Below are positions 36,347 through 46,378 of a stretch of DNA of 64,000 nt, piece after piece. The stretch lies in assembly GCA_016786595.1 (NCBI GenBank), contig JAEUWB010000035.1, positions 3,182 to 67,181 on the forward strand. The letters run 5' to 3'. The DNA is from a bacterium (GTDB lineage Bacteria; Bdellovibrionota_C; UBA2361; SZUA-149; JAEUWB01). Position 1 is the stretch's first letter, and each line of letters starts with the position of its first letter. Both the position numbers and the translations under genes were made by a program. The notes beneath the pieces were generated by a model. The model was not told the DNA's origin. It saw only the letters and a program-made list of their open reading frames with translations, and searched no databases.

Positions 36347-38836
36347 ATGGCTGACTACGTATCCGCCGGAACAGAAATGGCAGCAATGCTACAGACTGCA
36401 GGTTACTTCGCGCAATCTGAAATTCTTGCCCACTTAGGCTGGATGTTTGATCAAATTGGCGTAGTGATTCTACTAGGCTGCGCAATTTTTGCCATAGTCT
36501 CTTTTGTTGTTTACGGGCGTGCCGATGCGACAAAATGGTTCTTATTGGGACCACCGCTATTTATTTGGATCCTCAGTTCTCGTATCGAAGCGCATGGAAC
36601 TAAATGGCAGTTTGGTACCTTCGACCGCGGTACTCCTAATGCAGCAGAAGTCTTTCCTTCGATGGAAGGTAAACAGATTAAAGTCTCCTGGGCCTTCCAT
36701 CAGTGGGATTTATTTGTCTCTGAGCTTTCACGCCAACTGATCGACATGTTGACCAAGAGTAGCGAAAAGCCAGATTTGCTTTTTAATGTACGTCAGCAAG
36801 TTATGGATAAAGTGATGTCATCGCGTGTTGCCGATCCGGGATTACTTGAATTAATCCATCTAAGCATGCGCGGACAGTGCGCTGAGAATACGAATTTAAT
36901 TCAACGCATGGTCGATATCGAAACGCAAGATTTGTACAGGAAATATAAAAACCCAACCGACCGTGGCGGATTAAGTCCAGAGGAAGTAAGAGCGGCTGAG
37001 GCTTTAGAGCGCGATTGGAATGCGACCAAGTATCAGCTCGATCTTAAAAGCGGTTCGCGTGAAAATAAACTTAGCGAATCGGCGCGAAACTATGTCCGTG
37101 GGAACTTAACAATTATTGAGAAGACAGGAACTGCAAGTGCCAGTGCTCCAACGGATGTCTCCTATGATGAGTGCATTGGTATAACTGGAACAGAATTAGC
37201 GAAAATGAATTTGGATCTTGCCTGTTCAAACGGAGCTGCTTGCACTGAGGAGCCGAGTGAGTTTTACGATAATGTTTCCTGCGCTCATATCTGGAATTGG
37301 GTTTATCTCGGTGCTAAGCAAGAAGCTTGTGGTGCGATTACCGAAGCGATTGACGGGAGTTTGACCACTAACGCTCAGCAGCCAGAATTGCGTGTAGAAG
37401 TAGCTAAAGAACTTTTGAGTAAGTTGACTAACGGTTCTGGAGGCGAGGCCCCCTCAGCCTATTTGCCACAGATTGTTGCCGGTTATTTTATTCGGAATGA
37501 GCTGACTCGTGACCCAAGTCGCAACTGGGCAAGCACCTTGCACCAACACCTCAGTATTGACGGCATTGAATACGATTATAAAATCAAAACCGAGTACGAA
37601 AATAATGTGCCGGGGGACTTCAGTAAAAATGAGGATATCTATAAAGGTTCGCGACTTTTACGTGAAGCACTAGATTCTTATACGCATCGCTTTACACTTT
37701 ACAGCACGGCTATGGCGATGCCCTACTTTCAAGGTGTATTGCTTTATATACTCGCACTACTATTTCCGTTCTTCTGTATTTTTATTCTTGTTCCAGGTTT
37801 TGCCGGGGCATTCTTTATTTGGCCTGCGCTTTGGATGTGGGTGAAATTCTGGGATGTCGGGTTTGCAATGGTTAAGGTCCTCGATGAATTTCTCTGGGAA
37901 ATTATGCCACACGCAAATTACGATTGGCGCTCTGCGATGGAAGGCACCGGAGAGATTACGCGAGCACCGGTTGATGCCTTGCGTGTAGCTTTTGGTTATG
38001 ATCCGGGTTACAGCCTCTCAAATTACTACCACATTCTTTCTGTTGCGCTTGTGAGTATCCCTGTAGTTTTTGGACAGGCGATTCTTGGCGGCAAAGCCGC
38101 ACTAGTGTCTCCATTTTTAAATGGCGCTAAGGCGCTTGGGCAGAAGCGTGGCGCAGATGCAGACATGATGTACGGTTCATATCAGGCAGGTGTTATCGAT
38201 AAACTGCGTGAAAAATACGCGGTAAAAACAGTTAAAAACCGCCTTCGTAAAGGCCAAGTCGCTCGAACAGGGCGTAGGGAACTCCTTGGAATTAAAGAAC
38301 AAATTGATGCCACCGAAGCAAGTCAGTCGCAAAACCTGATTAATGGTGGGGTAGGGATGGTGCTAGGCGGAGTAGCTACAGTCGCTGGAGTTATCTGCTG
38401 TTTTACTGGAGTGGGTGCTGTGGTTGGAGCACCGTTAATCGGTGCAGGAGTAGGTGCGATGGCTAGTTCAGGAATGTCTACAGCAGGGGCAATGATTGAT
38501 AAGCGTCGTTTAGCAAATCAAGGGCGAGCTGGTTACACGAAATTAAATGCAAGAATGTTATACCAAGATTTACAGAAAGACCGCAGTTATCAGGCCTTTG
38601 ATATGTATCGTGCAGCAGTTACTGACCGTATTGAGTTTTGGAACTTGCCGGATGTTGACAGTCAATCAATAGCTAAGTTGGCAACTTTTGCGACAGAGAT
38701 GCAAGCAAAAACTGGCAGCATCGATACACATCAGATCGGGAAAATGCTGGGAGATACTGCTGAGCTAGCTGAAATTGGATCATGGTTTTCTGGCAAGGGT
38801 GGTGGACCTAAACCAGGTGGAGTTGGGACACCGTAA
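36347..38836 (+). CDS. Tandem paralog 2 of 5 (829 aa)
   Basis: AGTEMAAMLQTAGYFAQSEIL, TM, soluble region, PYFQGVLLYILALLFPFFCIFILVPGF...WPALWMWVKFWDVGFAMVKVLDEFLW, and a Gly/Ala-rich hydrophobic C-terminal segment (GGVGMVLGGVATVAGVICCFTGVGAVVGAPLIGAGVGAMA). Confidence 0.7.
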   Translation: MADYVSAGTEMAAMLQTAGYFAQSEILAHLGWMFDQIGVVILLGCAIFAIVSFVVYGRADATKWFLLGPPLFIWILSSRIEAHGTKWQFGTFDRGTPNAAEVFPSMEGKQIKVSWAFHQWDLFVSELSRQLIDMLTKSSEKPDLLFNVRQQVMDKVMSSRVADPGLLELIHLSMRGQCAENTNLIQRMVDIETQDLYRKYKNPTDRGGLSPEEVRAAEALERDWNATKYQLDLKSGSRENKLSESARNYVRGNLTIIEKTGTASASAPTDVSYDECIGITGTELAKMNLDLACSNGAACTEEPSEFYDNVSCAHIWNWVYLGAKQEACGAITEAIDGSLTTNAQQPELRVEVAKELLSKLTNGSGGEAPSAYLPQIVAGYFIRNELTRDPSRNWASTLHQHLSIDGIEYDYKIKTEYENNVPGDFSKNEDIYKGSRLLREALDSYTHRFTLYSTAMAMPYFQGVLLYILALLFPFFCIFILVPGFAGAFFIWPALWMWVKFWDVGFAMVKVLDEFLWEIMPHANYDWRSAMEGTGEITRAPVDALRVAFGYDPGYSLSNYYHILSVALVSIPVVFGQAILGGKAALVSPFLNGAKALGQKRGADADMMYGSYQAGVIDKLREKYAVKTVKNRLRKGQVARTGRRELLGIKEQIDATEASQSQNLINGGVGMVLGGVATVAGVICCFTGVGAVVGAPLIGAGVGAMASSGMSTAGAMIDKRRLANQGRAGYTKLNARMLYQDLQKDRSYQAFDMYRAAVTDRIEFWNLPDVDSQSIAKLATFATEMQAKTGSIDTHQIGKMLGDTAELAEIGSWFSGKGGGPKPGGVGTP

Positions 38837-38841
38837 CTTTT

Positions 38842-38983
38842 AGACTGAGTGCCAAAATAGCTGTTAATTAGGCTGTAGTTGAGGCACTCAGTCTAATCGT
38901 CCAGTAAACTGATTTTACTGGACAAAATAAATAAATACCCGTTGACGAAAGTTTCGTTAATCGAAAAAACTTTTGGCAACGGG
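38842..38983 (+). promoter_or_regulatory. Structured intergenic region splitting the paralog array: a 12 bp-stem hairpin (AGACTGAGTGCC/GGCACTCAGTCT), a second hairpin (CCAGTAAA...TTTACTGG), and a third (CCCGTTG...CAACGGG) containing a TTGACG -35-like element
   Basis: Read directly from the sequence. This is the only untranslated gap longer than 4 bp among the five paralogs, so it is a probable terminator plus internal promoter. Confidence 0.45.
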
Positions 38984-39009
38984 TTTAGGTAAAGATTTTT
39001 AAAAATAAT

Positions 39010-41145
39010 ATGCCACCAGAAACGGATGGAGTTGCAATTGGTGCTGTAGGGCACTTAATCGCTGCAGTGATGCAGACAGCTGGCATGTATGGCCAGTCTG
39101 AGATTCTTGCGACTATGCAGTTCTGGTTTCAACAAATGGGAGCGCTGATTTTTATTGCTTTCGCAGCAATGGCTCTCGGCCAACTTGTCATTTTTGGATC
39201 CTATCGCGGCGCGCTTTGGTTTGTGATCGCGCCTGTTCTCTTTCAATATGTAATTTTCTCTAAGCAAAATGTTGAGCTTACCAATTGGAAGTTTGGTAAC
39301 CGTTACGGTGAGAATGCCGGGCTAAATAGTGGAGAAGAGGAGTCAAAGGCTGCGATTGAGGAAAAGCTCAAGGAACTTAAGGTAGAGCTTCCAGAAAATG
39401 GAACAGCCTACTTATCGAATATATTTGTTGAATTTGACAAAGCAGTTTCTGCTATCGTGCAAAACACAGTAGCATTTCTAGTCGACCAAGATCGCCAAAG
39501 CGACCTTAAGTTTGTTGCCCGCATGAAATTATTCGAATCGCTCTTTCAAGAGCGACCCAATAGCGCAGGCTTGCATGAACTGATTATGACGGGTCTTGTC
39601 GGTGAGTGCGGGCAAGCGACAAATAATATGCAATCGCTCTCAAGTATTAAAATTCTAGAAGAGAAAGCCCGTGCTAAGGGTTCGAGTTTAGATCCGAAAA
39701 TTTTAGAACAGAAAAGCAAACTCGAAGAAGAACAAGCTCGCATATTTAGTGACCGCAAAGTGCAGTTTTCACGACCAGTTTGTCAATACTTGCAAGACTT
39801 ACAAGGTTGCTTCATTGGCAGCAATTTTCAGGAATTAAATTGCACACGTCCGGACTTGTACGGCTGCTATGAGCCACTATCCTACCTGCGCCCGAGTGAA
39901 CGCGGGAGTCAAGACTCGGCATCATGTAGCGACGTTTGGAAATATGTTTTCTTAGGTACATACCAGGAAGCAAAATATAAATTTGAAAAACTTGCTAAGG
40001 AAAACACCAAGCTTGGGTTGAAATGGGAAGACTTAGCAAAAGAAGTCTTGGAGAAAATTCCAGCCACTGGGGAGATTGATAATCCTGAAGTTTCTTCAGC
40101 AGCGTTTCAAGTGATTGCCGGACATTTACTACAGAACCATGTGCTGAGAACTCCTCACGGCGCATTAACTAGTGGCCTTTATGGTCGTCTGACTGAACAC
40201 TCGCAGATGACTAGTGAGATATTTGAATGGGGACAAGATGCTGAATCAATCGGGGATCAAGCATACTTATTAACGCTCAGTGGAATGCTACCTTATATTC
40301 AAGGTGTGGCCTTGTTTCTACTGTCGATTACTTTCCCATTCTTTGCGTTGTTCTTATTAATGCCAGGAAGAGTGAATACATTTTTCATGTGGCCTGCAAT
40401 GTGGATTTGGGTCAAGTCTTGGGATATTGGCTATGCACTTGTGCACATGATCGAGCAGCTGCTTTGGGAATTCATGCCGCATGTTGTACGTAGTGAACTT
40501 AGTGCTTACACAGCAGACTGGACGAATCCGAATTCAATTTGGACCACAATCTTTAGCAATGACCCAGTTTATTCGCCGAATTTATATTACTCCGTTTTAG
40601 GCGTATCGACTTTAGCAATTCCGGTGATCACGGCCCACCTGACCATGGCCAGTACTGACTTACTTGATGTATTTAACTCACGCCTGTCTTCATATGGCTC
40701 TCGTGTTCAAGCGCGTCAAAAGAACGTCGAGCGTAACCGCTTAGGAGGAACTCGAGATAATGAGTGGAAAATGGCTACTGGTGAAGCATGGGATAATGCA
40801 CGTGTCGCCTTAATGAAAAGTGAAGCTGGTAAAGCTAAGAAAAAACAAGGCGATGGTCTTTATGCCCGCTACGTCGATGCTAAAGCAAATCTTGCGCGTT
40901 TTGAGCGCAGTCACGATGATGACATTATTTGGCAAAAATCTTCAGCCAATATGCTGCGGGGTGCTCGTAAGATGAACTACAGCGCTAAATACACACAACA
41001 AGCAATCGATTCAGAAGCAGAATTGTATATCCAGGAAAAGGGATACGAGAGTGGCTTCTATGGATCAGAGAATTACGATACTACAGCGACGAATGCAGAT
41101 GCTTCAGTTTCGTCGGGTGGTGATAATGATGGTTCTGGAGAATAG
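39010..41145 (+). CDS. Tandem paralog 3 of 5 (711 aa)
   Basis: VGHLIAAVMQTAGMYGQSEIL, TM (IFIAFAAMALGQLVIFGSY), LPYIQGVALFLLSITFPFFALFLLMPGR...WPAMWIWVKSWDIGYALVHMIEQLLW. Confidence 0.7.
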   Translation: MPPETDGVAIGAVGHLIAAVMQTAGMYGQSEILATMQFWFQQMGALIFIAFAAMALGQLVIFGSYRGALWFVIAPVLFQYVIFSKQNVELTNWKFGNRYGENAGLNSGEEESKAAIEEKLKELKVELPENGTAYLSNIFVEFDKAVSAIVQNTVAFLVDQDRQSDLKFVARMKLFESLFQERPNSAGLHELIMTGLVGECGQATNNMQSLSSIKILEEKARAKGSSLDPKILEQKSKLEEEQARIFSDRKVQFSRPVCQYLQDLQGCFIGSNFQELNCTRPDLYGCYEPLSYLRPSERGSQDSASCSDVWKYVFLGTYQEAKYKFEKLAKENTKLGLKWEDLAKEVLEKIPATGEIDNPEVSSAAFQVIAGHLLQNHVLRTPHGALTSGLYGRLTEHSQMTSEIFEWGQDAESIGDQAYLLTLSGMLPYIQGVALFLLSITFPFFALFLLMPGRVNTFFMWPAMWIWVKSWDIGYALVHMIEQLLWEFMPHVVRSELSAYTADWTNPNSIWTTIFSNDPVYSPNLYYSVLGVSTLAIPVITAHLTMASTDLLDVFNSRLSSYGSRVQARQKNVERNRLGGTRDNEWKMATGEAWDNARVALMKSEAGKAKKKQGDGLYARYVDAKANLARFERSHDDDIIWQKSSANMLRGARKMNYSAKYTQQAIDSEAELYIQEKGYESGFYGSENYDTTATNADASVSSGGDNDGSGE

Positions 41146-41147
41146 GC

Positions 41148-43577
41148 ATGCCGGATCCAGTCAATAGCATCGAATCAGGATCTTTAGGAACAGCAGGTTC
41201 TCTGATTGCTGCCGCCTTGGAAACTGGCGGGCATTATCTCCAATCCGGAATAATTGATACTTTCTCGCAGGGACTTTCCAATGAAATTGGCGCCGTGCTC
41301 TATATCGCTGCAGCAATTGGCGCAATTATGACTGTTGCCCTTGGCGGCAGATATCTGCACGCAATGTGGTTTATCGCTGGGCCAATTCTTTTTCAAGCAG
41401 TTGTTTTTTCGCGCACCCCTTCAATTGGCCCATCCTTTTCGATGGGGCAGCGGCCAATTACCATGGACGAGAAAAAAGCTGCGTTGAATGAAGCGATTGA
41501 TAGCCCCTCGTTGGAACTGCTCAAGCAAGCGAAAGTTTCAGTGTTTTTTAGCACCTGGGTGCAAATTGTAGATAGTGTCAACCAGGGCTTGATTAAGGTT
41601 ATTTTTCAAATCAAGGATCAAGATCAATTACAATTCTTATTACAAAGCCAAATTTATGCAGCGATGCTCAATTCCCGCATTGAAGATCCTGCACTTCAAA
41701 CATTAACAAAGCTTGTCTTGCTCAAAGAATGTGCTCCCTATGTATCGGCCGCAAGAAGTGCTTATGACGATAACTTAACTACTAAAAATCAACTCGAAGC
41801 TCAGGGTTTAATGCGGGATTATGGGGCCTTCCCTGTGTCTTTAGATACGCACCCGTATTTAAGGCAGTTTATGGATTCACCTTTTGCAAAAAGCATGTTC
41901 GAGAATCCTAACGCTGAGTGTAAGGACCCACACATCGCAGGTAAAACAAATATAGCCTGCGCTGATATTTGGAATTTGGCATTTTGCTCACTGAAGCAAG
42001 AAGCGCGCAGAATGGTGCTAGATACGATGAGCTCAGTGCCGCAAGAAGTGACAGATGCATCTGTAATGCAAGCGATTTTAAAAAAGCTAAACCCTGACAC
42101 TGCGGCGCACACTCCTGCTGAGCAATTTAACATTGTCTATAATGCAGTTGCTGCACGGATGATGAATAAAGCATTGAAGGAATTGAATCCAGGCTCGCAG
42201 TATTTGCTTGCCGACCGGGATTTTAAGCTGGCCAATGATCAAGTTTTTTCGGTCAATAAAATTGTTTCCAAAATTAACGTTCCAGAACGCTATAAAGGTG
42301 TCGGTGATTTTCTTGAGGCGATGTTAGCTCTGCCCTATGTGCAAGGCATGCTTCTATTTTATTTGTCACTTGCCTTTCCATTTTTTGCTTTAGCTTTGAT
42401 CATTCCTGGTAGATATGAACTTTTCTTGGCTTGGATGGCTTTGTGGGCATGGGTTAAATCTTGGGATGTTGGCATGGCAGCAGTCATGCTCTTAGAGAAA
42501 ATTCTCTGGTCAACCTTGCCCGGCACTCACGCAATTGATGATCGTTTTGCCGAAGATCCGGGGCTAGTCTTTAAGCAGGTGCTAGGGTCAGATCCACTTT
42601 ACTCGATGAATACGCATTATCTAATTATTGCTGGAGCGATGGCCGCAGTGCCAGTGTTGACGGGATTTATCGTTAAACGCGGAGCCGGTGAAATTATTGA
42701 TGCTGTTGGCAATAGTATGGGTAAGTTTGCTGGCCGCATCGGTAACGCAATGCGCGACTACGAATCTTCGATTCACGCCCAGAACGAAGTTGCCTTGATG
42801 GCTAAGAAAAAAGAAGATGCCGTGATGGCAGCCCGTGGCGGAGCATTTGCCCGCGCCTCAGACGCTTACGAGAAAAGAATGGTCCTTAGTAGCGCAAGCC
42901 AAGCCTCGAAAGGTGGTATTGTTAATAATGTCTTGATTAATCCTAAGTCAGTGCTGCAGGGACAATCTACTAAGAGCGCCAATATTGCCGGTTCAATTAT
43001 GGACTTTGAAATGGCGAATAACGTCTATAAGGCAAGTATCTCTAAAGATGTCTTAAAGCATGCTTGGAGTGCGGTCTCTTACGGTTGGTATAACCACGAT
43101 TTCCAAGACGAGCCGGTCTGGGATTACAAACGTAAATTCGAATTGGCGAAACTAGGTCAATTTGAGCGTAAGGGATATTCTGAACCTTTTAAGTGGTTTA
43201 CCGATGTGGCTTATCAAGGGAAAGAAGTGCGAGGCGTAGGAGATATTTATGCACAAATTCCGCGAGAACTCACTGTGATGGCTGGGTTGTTCAGTAGTGG
43301 GAGTCCCGCGAGTTTCGTATTGCAGCCATTGTATACCCACCAAATTACTTCGACGATTGCGCACGAACAGCGCCCAGACCTACGCCGCGATGGTATGGAC
43401 TTGGCTAACGTTGTCCAACGCAGCACTTACTCAGGGACTCGTATTGATGGAGGGGATATCATGCTCGGTCGATCTGAAAATCGCATGACTAAGTATCAAG
43501 ATCGCGCTGAAAACGATCAGTATATCGCCTATCAGAGAAAATACTTAGGCACTGGTGGGGGAATTGAGGGAAGGTAA
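41148..43577 (+). CDS. Tandem paralog 4 of 5 (809 aa)
   Basis: GTAGSLIAAALETGGHYLQSGII, TM (VLYIAAAIGAIMTVALGG), LPYVQGMLLFYLSLAFPFFALALIIPGR...WMALWAWVKSWDVGMAAVMLLEKILW. Confidence 0.7.
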   Translation: MPDPVNSIESGSLGTAGSLIAAALETGGHYLQSGIIDTFSQGLSNEIGAVLYIAAAIGAIMTVALGGRYLHAMWFIAGPILFQAVVFSRTPSIGPSFSMGQRPITMDEKKAALNEAIDSPSLELLKQAKVSVFFSTWVQIVDSVNQGLIKVIFQIKDQDQLQFLLQSQIYAAMLNSRIEDPALQTLTKLVLLKECAPYVSAARSAYDDNLTTKNQLEAQGLMRDYGAFPVSLDTHPYLRQFMDSPFAKSMFENPNAECKDPHIAGKTNIACADIWNLAFCSLKQEARRMVLDTMSSVPQEVTDASVMQAILKKLNPDTAAHTPAEQFNIVYNAVAARMMNKALKELNPGSQYLLADRDFKLANDQVFSVNKIVSKINVPERYKGVGDFLEAMLALPYVQGMLLFYLSLAFPFFALALIIPGRYELFLAWMALWAWVKSWDVGMAAVMLLEKILWSTLPGTHAIDDRFAEDPGLVFKQVLGSDPLYSMNTHYLIIAGAMAAVPVLTGFIVKRGAGEIIDAVGNSMGKFAGRIGNAMRDYESSIHAQNEVALMAKKKEDAVMAARGGAFARASDAYEKRMVLSSASQASKGGIVNNVLINPKSVLQGQSTKSANIAGSIMDFEMANNVYKASISKDVLKHAWSAVSYGWYNHDFQDEPVWDYKRKFELAKLGQFERKGYSEPFKWFTDVAYQGKEVRGVGDIYAQIPRELTVMAGLFSSGSPASFVLQPLYTHQITSTIAHEQRPDLRRDGMDLANVVQRSTYSGTRIDGGDIMLGRSENRMTKYQDRAENDQYIAYQRKYLGTGGGIEGR

Positions 43578-43579
43578 GT

Positions 43580-46378
43580 ATGGCAGACCCTGTCTCAGTT
43601 GGCTCATCAGCATTAATGGTTGCTTCAGCTCTGGAGACTGCTGGTTATTATTACCAGTCCTATGTGCTTGATTCATTCAGCTCTACAATCATGGGGCCAC
43701 TTGGTGCGATTGCCTTTATTGTTGCAGGGATACTAGCAATTACTCAGTATGTTGTTGCCGGTGAATATAAGGCTTTTCTTTGGTTTGTAGTTGGTCCGGG
43801 GTTATTAGCAGCTGTTATTTTGACGCGCGAACCTACGACAGGCTCAAATTGGATTTTTGGCGATGAAGCTCGCGATCAAGCCGAAAAAAATGAAGTGATC
43901 CAATCAATCACAACAATCGATAATACAAATACCCCAAAAGTTTCTTCTTTCTTTGCTTGGTACAATAATTTAACGAGCGAACTTGTGCGCTCAATTGTTA
44001 CAAAACTAGTAGAGCAGCGTCAAAAAGCGGATATGACCTTTGTCGCGCGCACGCAGTTGCTACAAACTGCCGTGACTCAATCGATTTCAGATCCGCGCTT
44101 GAGTTCCATGATTCACGCAGGTCTTTGGGGACATTGTGGTGAGCTTGCTAAGGCCGCAAGGCAAACTCATCTTGCCAGCCTTGGTGATCGTGGCGCTGAT
44201 CCAAAGGGTGAGTATCAACGCTTTTATAGTCAAAATAAAGATCAAGAAATTGTTCCCTATAGTCAATACACAATTGATTATTTGGTTTCGCGTGCTGATC
44301 CTGCGAATCGTGCAAATGTGGCAAAAGAAGCGCAACGATCGTACTCCTGCCAAGAAATTTGGGATTTAGTTTACGAAGATCTCCTAGATCAATCAGCTCA
44401 AATCCAGACTCGCTTAACTGAGCGAGCCAAGTCCTTAGGTATCCCTGAGGAGAAATTTGAGGCAGATCTAACAAAAGCTCTAGGCGGCATGACTGCTGAC
44501 GATCCAAATCGTGGGCATGAACTGCATCAAGTATTAGCTAAGCATTTATTGAAAATTGAGTCGCACAAGGGATCAAGCGCACGCTATCCTCAAATGCTTG
44601 CGCGACAAGGTGGCGAAGCGGGCTCTGTTGCTAAGGTAGAACGCATGAAATGGTCGGGCCGCGAGCAAGAGCATAAAAGTAGGCTGGTCACAACTGCGAT
44701 GACGCTACCATACTATCAAGGGCTAATGCTTTACTTCTTGGCCTATACTTTTCCATTCTTTGCGATCCTTTTAGTGATCCCTGGTAAGTATACGGGCGCG
44801 TTAATGTGGTGCGTGCTCTGGTTGTGGGTGAAGAGCTGGGATATTGGCTATGCTGTTGTAATGATGCTTGATGATATTCTGTTTGGAATGTTTGCAGCTA
44901 ATCAAGATCCTACGGCATCGCAATTTTCCAATGATTTGGGCACCGTGATGGCCAGTCTTTCGGCATACGACCCGACGATGAATTTATCGACTTATTATTA
45001 TATTGTGGGCGTTTGCTTTTCTACTATTCCGGTGATCATGGGCTATATGGTGATGGGTGCGGCGAAAGGCGGAGCCCAGCTGATTGAAAACGGCGCAAAA
45101 ACATATGCGACTTCAATCGGAACTGGTGCTGGGTTATCGCAAAACCAAGGCCAGAACTTACAACTTCGCGCAGGAGAATTTAGAGCAGCAACGAATAATA
45201 TTTTTAACCGCTTAAGAAATGACAATGCGAAAACTCGTAATGACATGTCAGATATGGAATATCAGTCGCGCAAGGGTGGACTGCCAATAATGCCCAATAA
45301 CCGCGTTGATTCTATTAGTGGGCGCAGCATTCAGCAGTTGAAAGATGATTTTGTGTATTGGAGTGCTTGGGAGGGAGCGTTTGAAGGGTATAAAGGAAGC
45401 GGCCTTGTGCGTAAATTCGCAGGAGATTTAGGCATTGCTGGAAATATCGAGACTCCTGGGAAGGACGCGCAAAATGTGGATGTTGACAACGCATTAACTC
45501 CAATTACTTTTGCAACCCGCCGCTTAGCAGGAACAGCCTTACCAAAAGTAGCATTTGAGAAAGAATCTGCTTACAAGCATATGCAAGCTCGAGTTGGGCA
45601 AGTTATTGCCGAAGAAATGTTTGACTATTCACTTTCTTTTGCAGGCATGGCTCATGCGCAAGACAGACGCGTTTATCGAGGCTTTGAATTGCCATCGGCA
45701 TATGACGATCCGGGCGAAAGTATTTACGCCGCTAGAATGGTTAAAGACCAACGGTTAATTGAGAGCGCTAAGGCAATTAGTAACACGGGATTCAATCTTA
45801 CTCGCGGTGGCGTGCAGTTTATCGAGAACTACGGTAAAGGCAAAAAAATGCGAGGTAGCGTAGATAAGGCGGGTAAAAAAGGTGGGGGCTTCGGAGGTAA
45901 AACTAATGGCACCCCTCTCATCGGTGGACAGCTTGAGCCAATTTTTATTACATTAGGCGTAGCTGATCAGCTAGAAATGGGAGATTTCGGCTACACTCCA
46001 AACCAACACATGGACATCGCACTGGATCAACAAACTTTCCATGACAATGCAATTGGCAGTGGTCCAGGAGGACGTGCTCCGGAAATGCCTGGTTATGCAG
46101 GAGTTGTTGAGAAAGTGGTCGGATCAAACCTACAAGATTGGAACCAGCGTTCTTATGGGACAATGGATTTAAGTGAAGCTTCAATCGCGGAGCGTAAGCA
46201 CGTAACTGCACGCTTAGAGCAGGCAATCGACGATGCTCGGCTTGGTAACCGCGAGGCTGATATAGCTAGAAACTTGTTAGCAGATCGCTACACTTCGATG
46301 GCGGATTTGAAACAATCCTTAGATCGCCTACTTGAGGAAAATCAAAAACTCGCTAAGACGGAAAAATCCGGCAATTAA
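43580..46378 (+). CDS. Tandem paralog 5 of 5 (932 aa)
   Basis: SALMVASALETAGYYYQSYVL, TM (AIAFIVAGILAITQYVVAGEY), LPYYQGLMLYFLAYTFPFFAILLVIPGK...WCVLWLWVKSWDIGYAVVMMLDDILF, long C-terminal soluble domain. Confidence 0.7.
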   Translation: MADPVSVGSSALMVASALETAGYYYQSYVLDSFSSTIMGPLGAIAFIVAGILAITQYVVAGEYKAFLWFVVGPGLLAAVILTREPTTGSNWIFGDEARDQAEKNEVIQSITTIDNTNTPKVSSFFAWYNNLTSELVRSIVTKLVEQRQKADMTFVARTQLLQTAVTQSISDPRLSSMIHAGLWGHCGELAKAARQTHLASLGDRGADPKGEYQRFYSQNKDQEIVPYSQYTIDYLVSRADPANRANVAKEAQRSYSCQEIWDLVYEDLLDQSAQIQTRLTERAKSLGIPEEKFEADLTKALGGMTADDPNRGHELHQVLAKHLLKIESHKGSSARYPQMLARQGGEAGSVAKVERMKWSGREQEHKSRLVTTAMTLPYYQGLMLYFLAYTFPFFAILLVIPGKYTGALMWCVLWLWVKSWDIGYAVVMMLDDILFGMFAANQDPTASQFSNDLGTVMASLSAYDPTMNLSTYYYIVGVCFSTIPVIMGYMVMGAAKGGAQLIENGAKTYATSIGTGAGLSQNQGQNLQLRAGEFRAATNNIFNRLRNDNAKTRNDMSDMEYQSRKGGLPIMPNNRVDSISGRSIQQLKDDFVYWSAWEGAFEGYKGSGLVRKFAGDLGIAGNIETPGKDAQNVDVDNALTPITFATRRLAGTALPKVAFEKESAYKHMQARVGQVIAEEMFDYSLSFAGMAHAQDRRVYRGFELPSAYDDPGESIYAARMVKDQRLIESAKAISNTGFNLTRGGVQFIENYGKGKKMRGSVDKAGKKGGGFGGKTNGTPLIGGQLEPIFITLGVADQLEMGDFGYTPNQHMDIALDQQTFHDNAIGSGPGGRAPEMPGYAGVVEKVVGSNLQDWNQRSYGTMDLSEASIAERKHVTARLEQAIDDARLGNREADIARNLLADRYTSMADLKQSLDRLLEENQKLAKTEKSGN

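Noticed and set aside
44087-44507. Three ORFs (44087-44353 -, 44136-44369 +, 44148-44507 -) within paralog 5
   Set aside because: Embedded in the conserved paralog reading frame, which aligns with the four other paralogs across this region. Shadow ORFs.
33578-46378. Whether the five paralogs could be Cas10-like or other cas proteins supplying the missing large subunit of the Cmr module
   Set aside because: They are polytopic membrane proteins without HD, Palm/cyclase GGDD or zinc-finger motifs, and they are separated from the cmr operon by 6 kb of unrelated genes on both strands.
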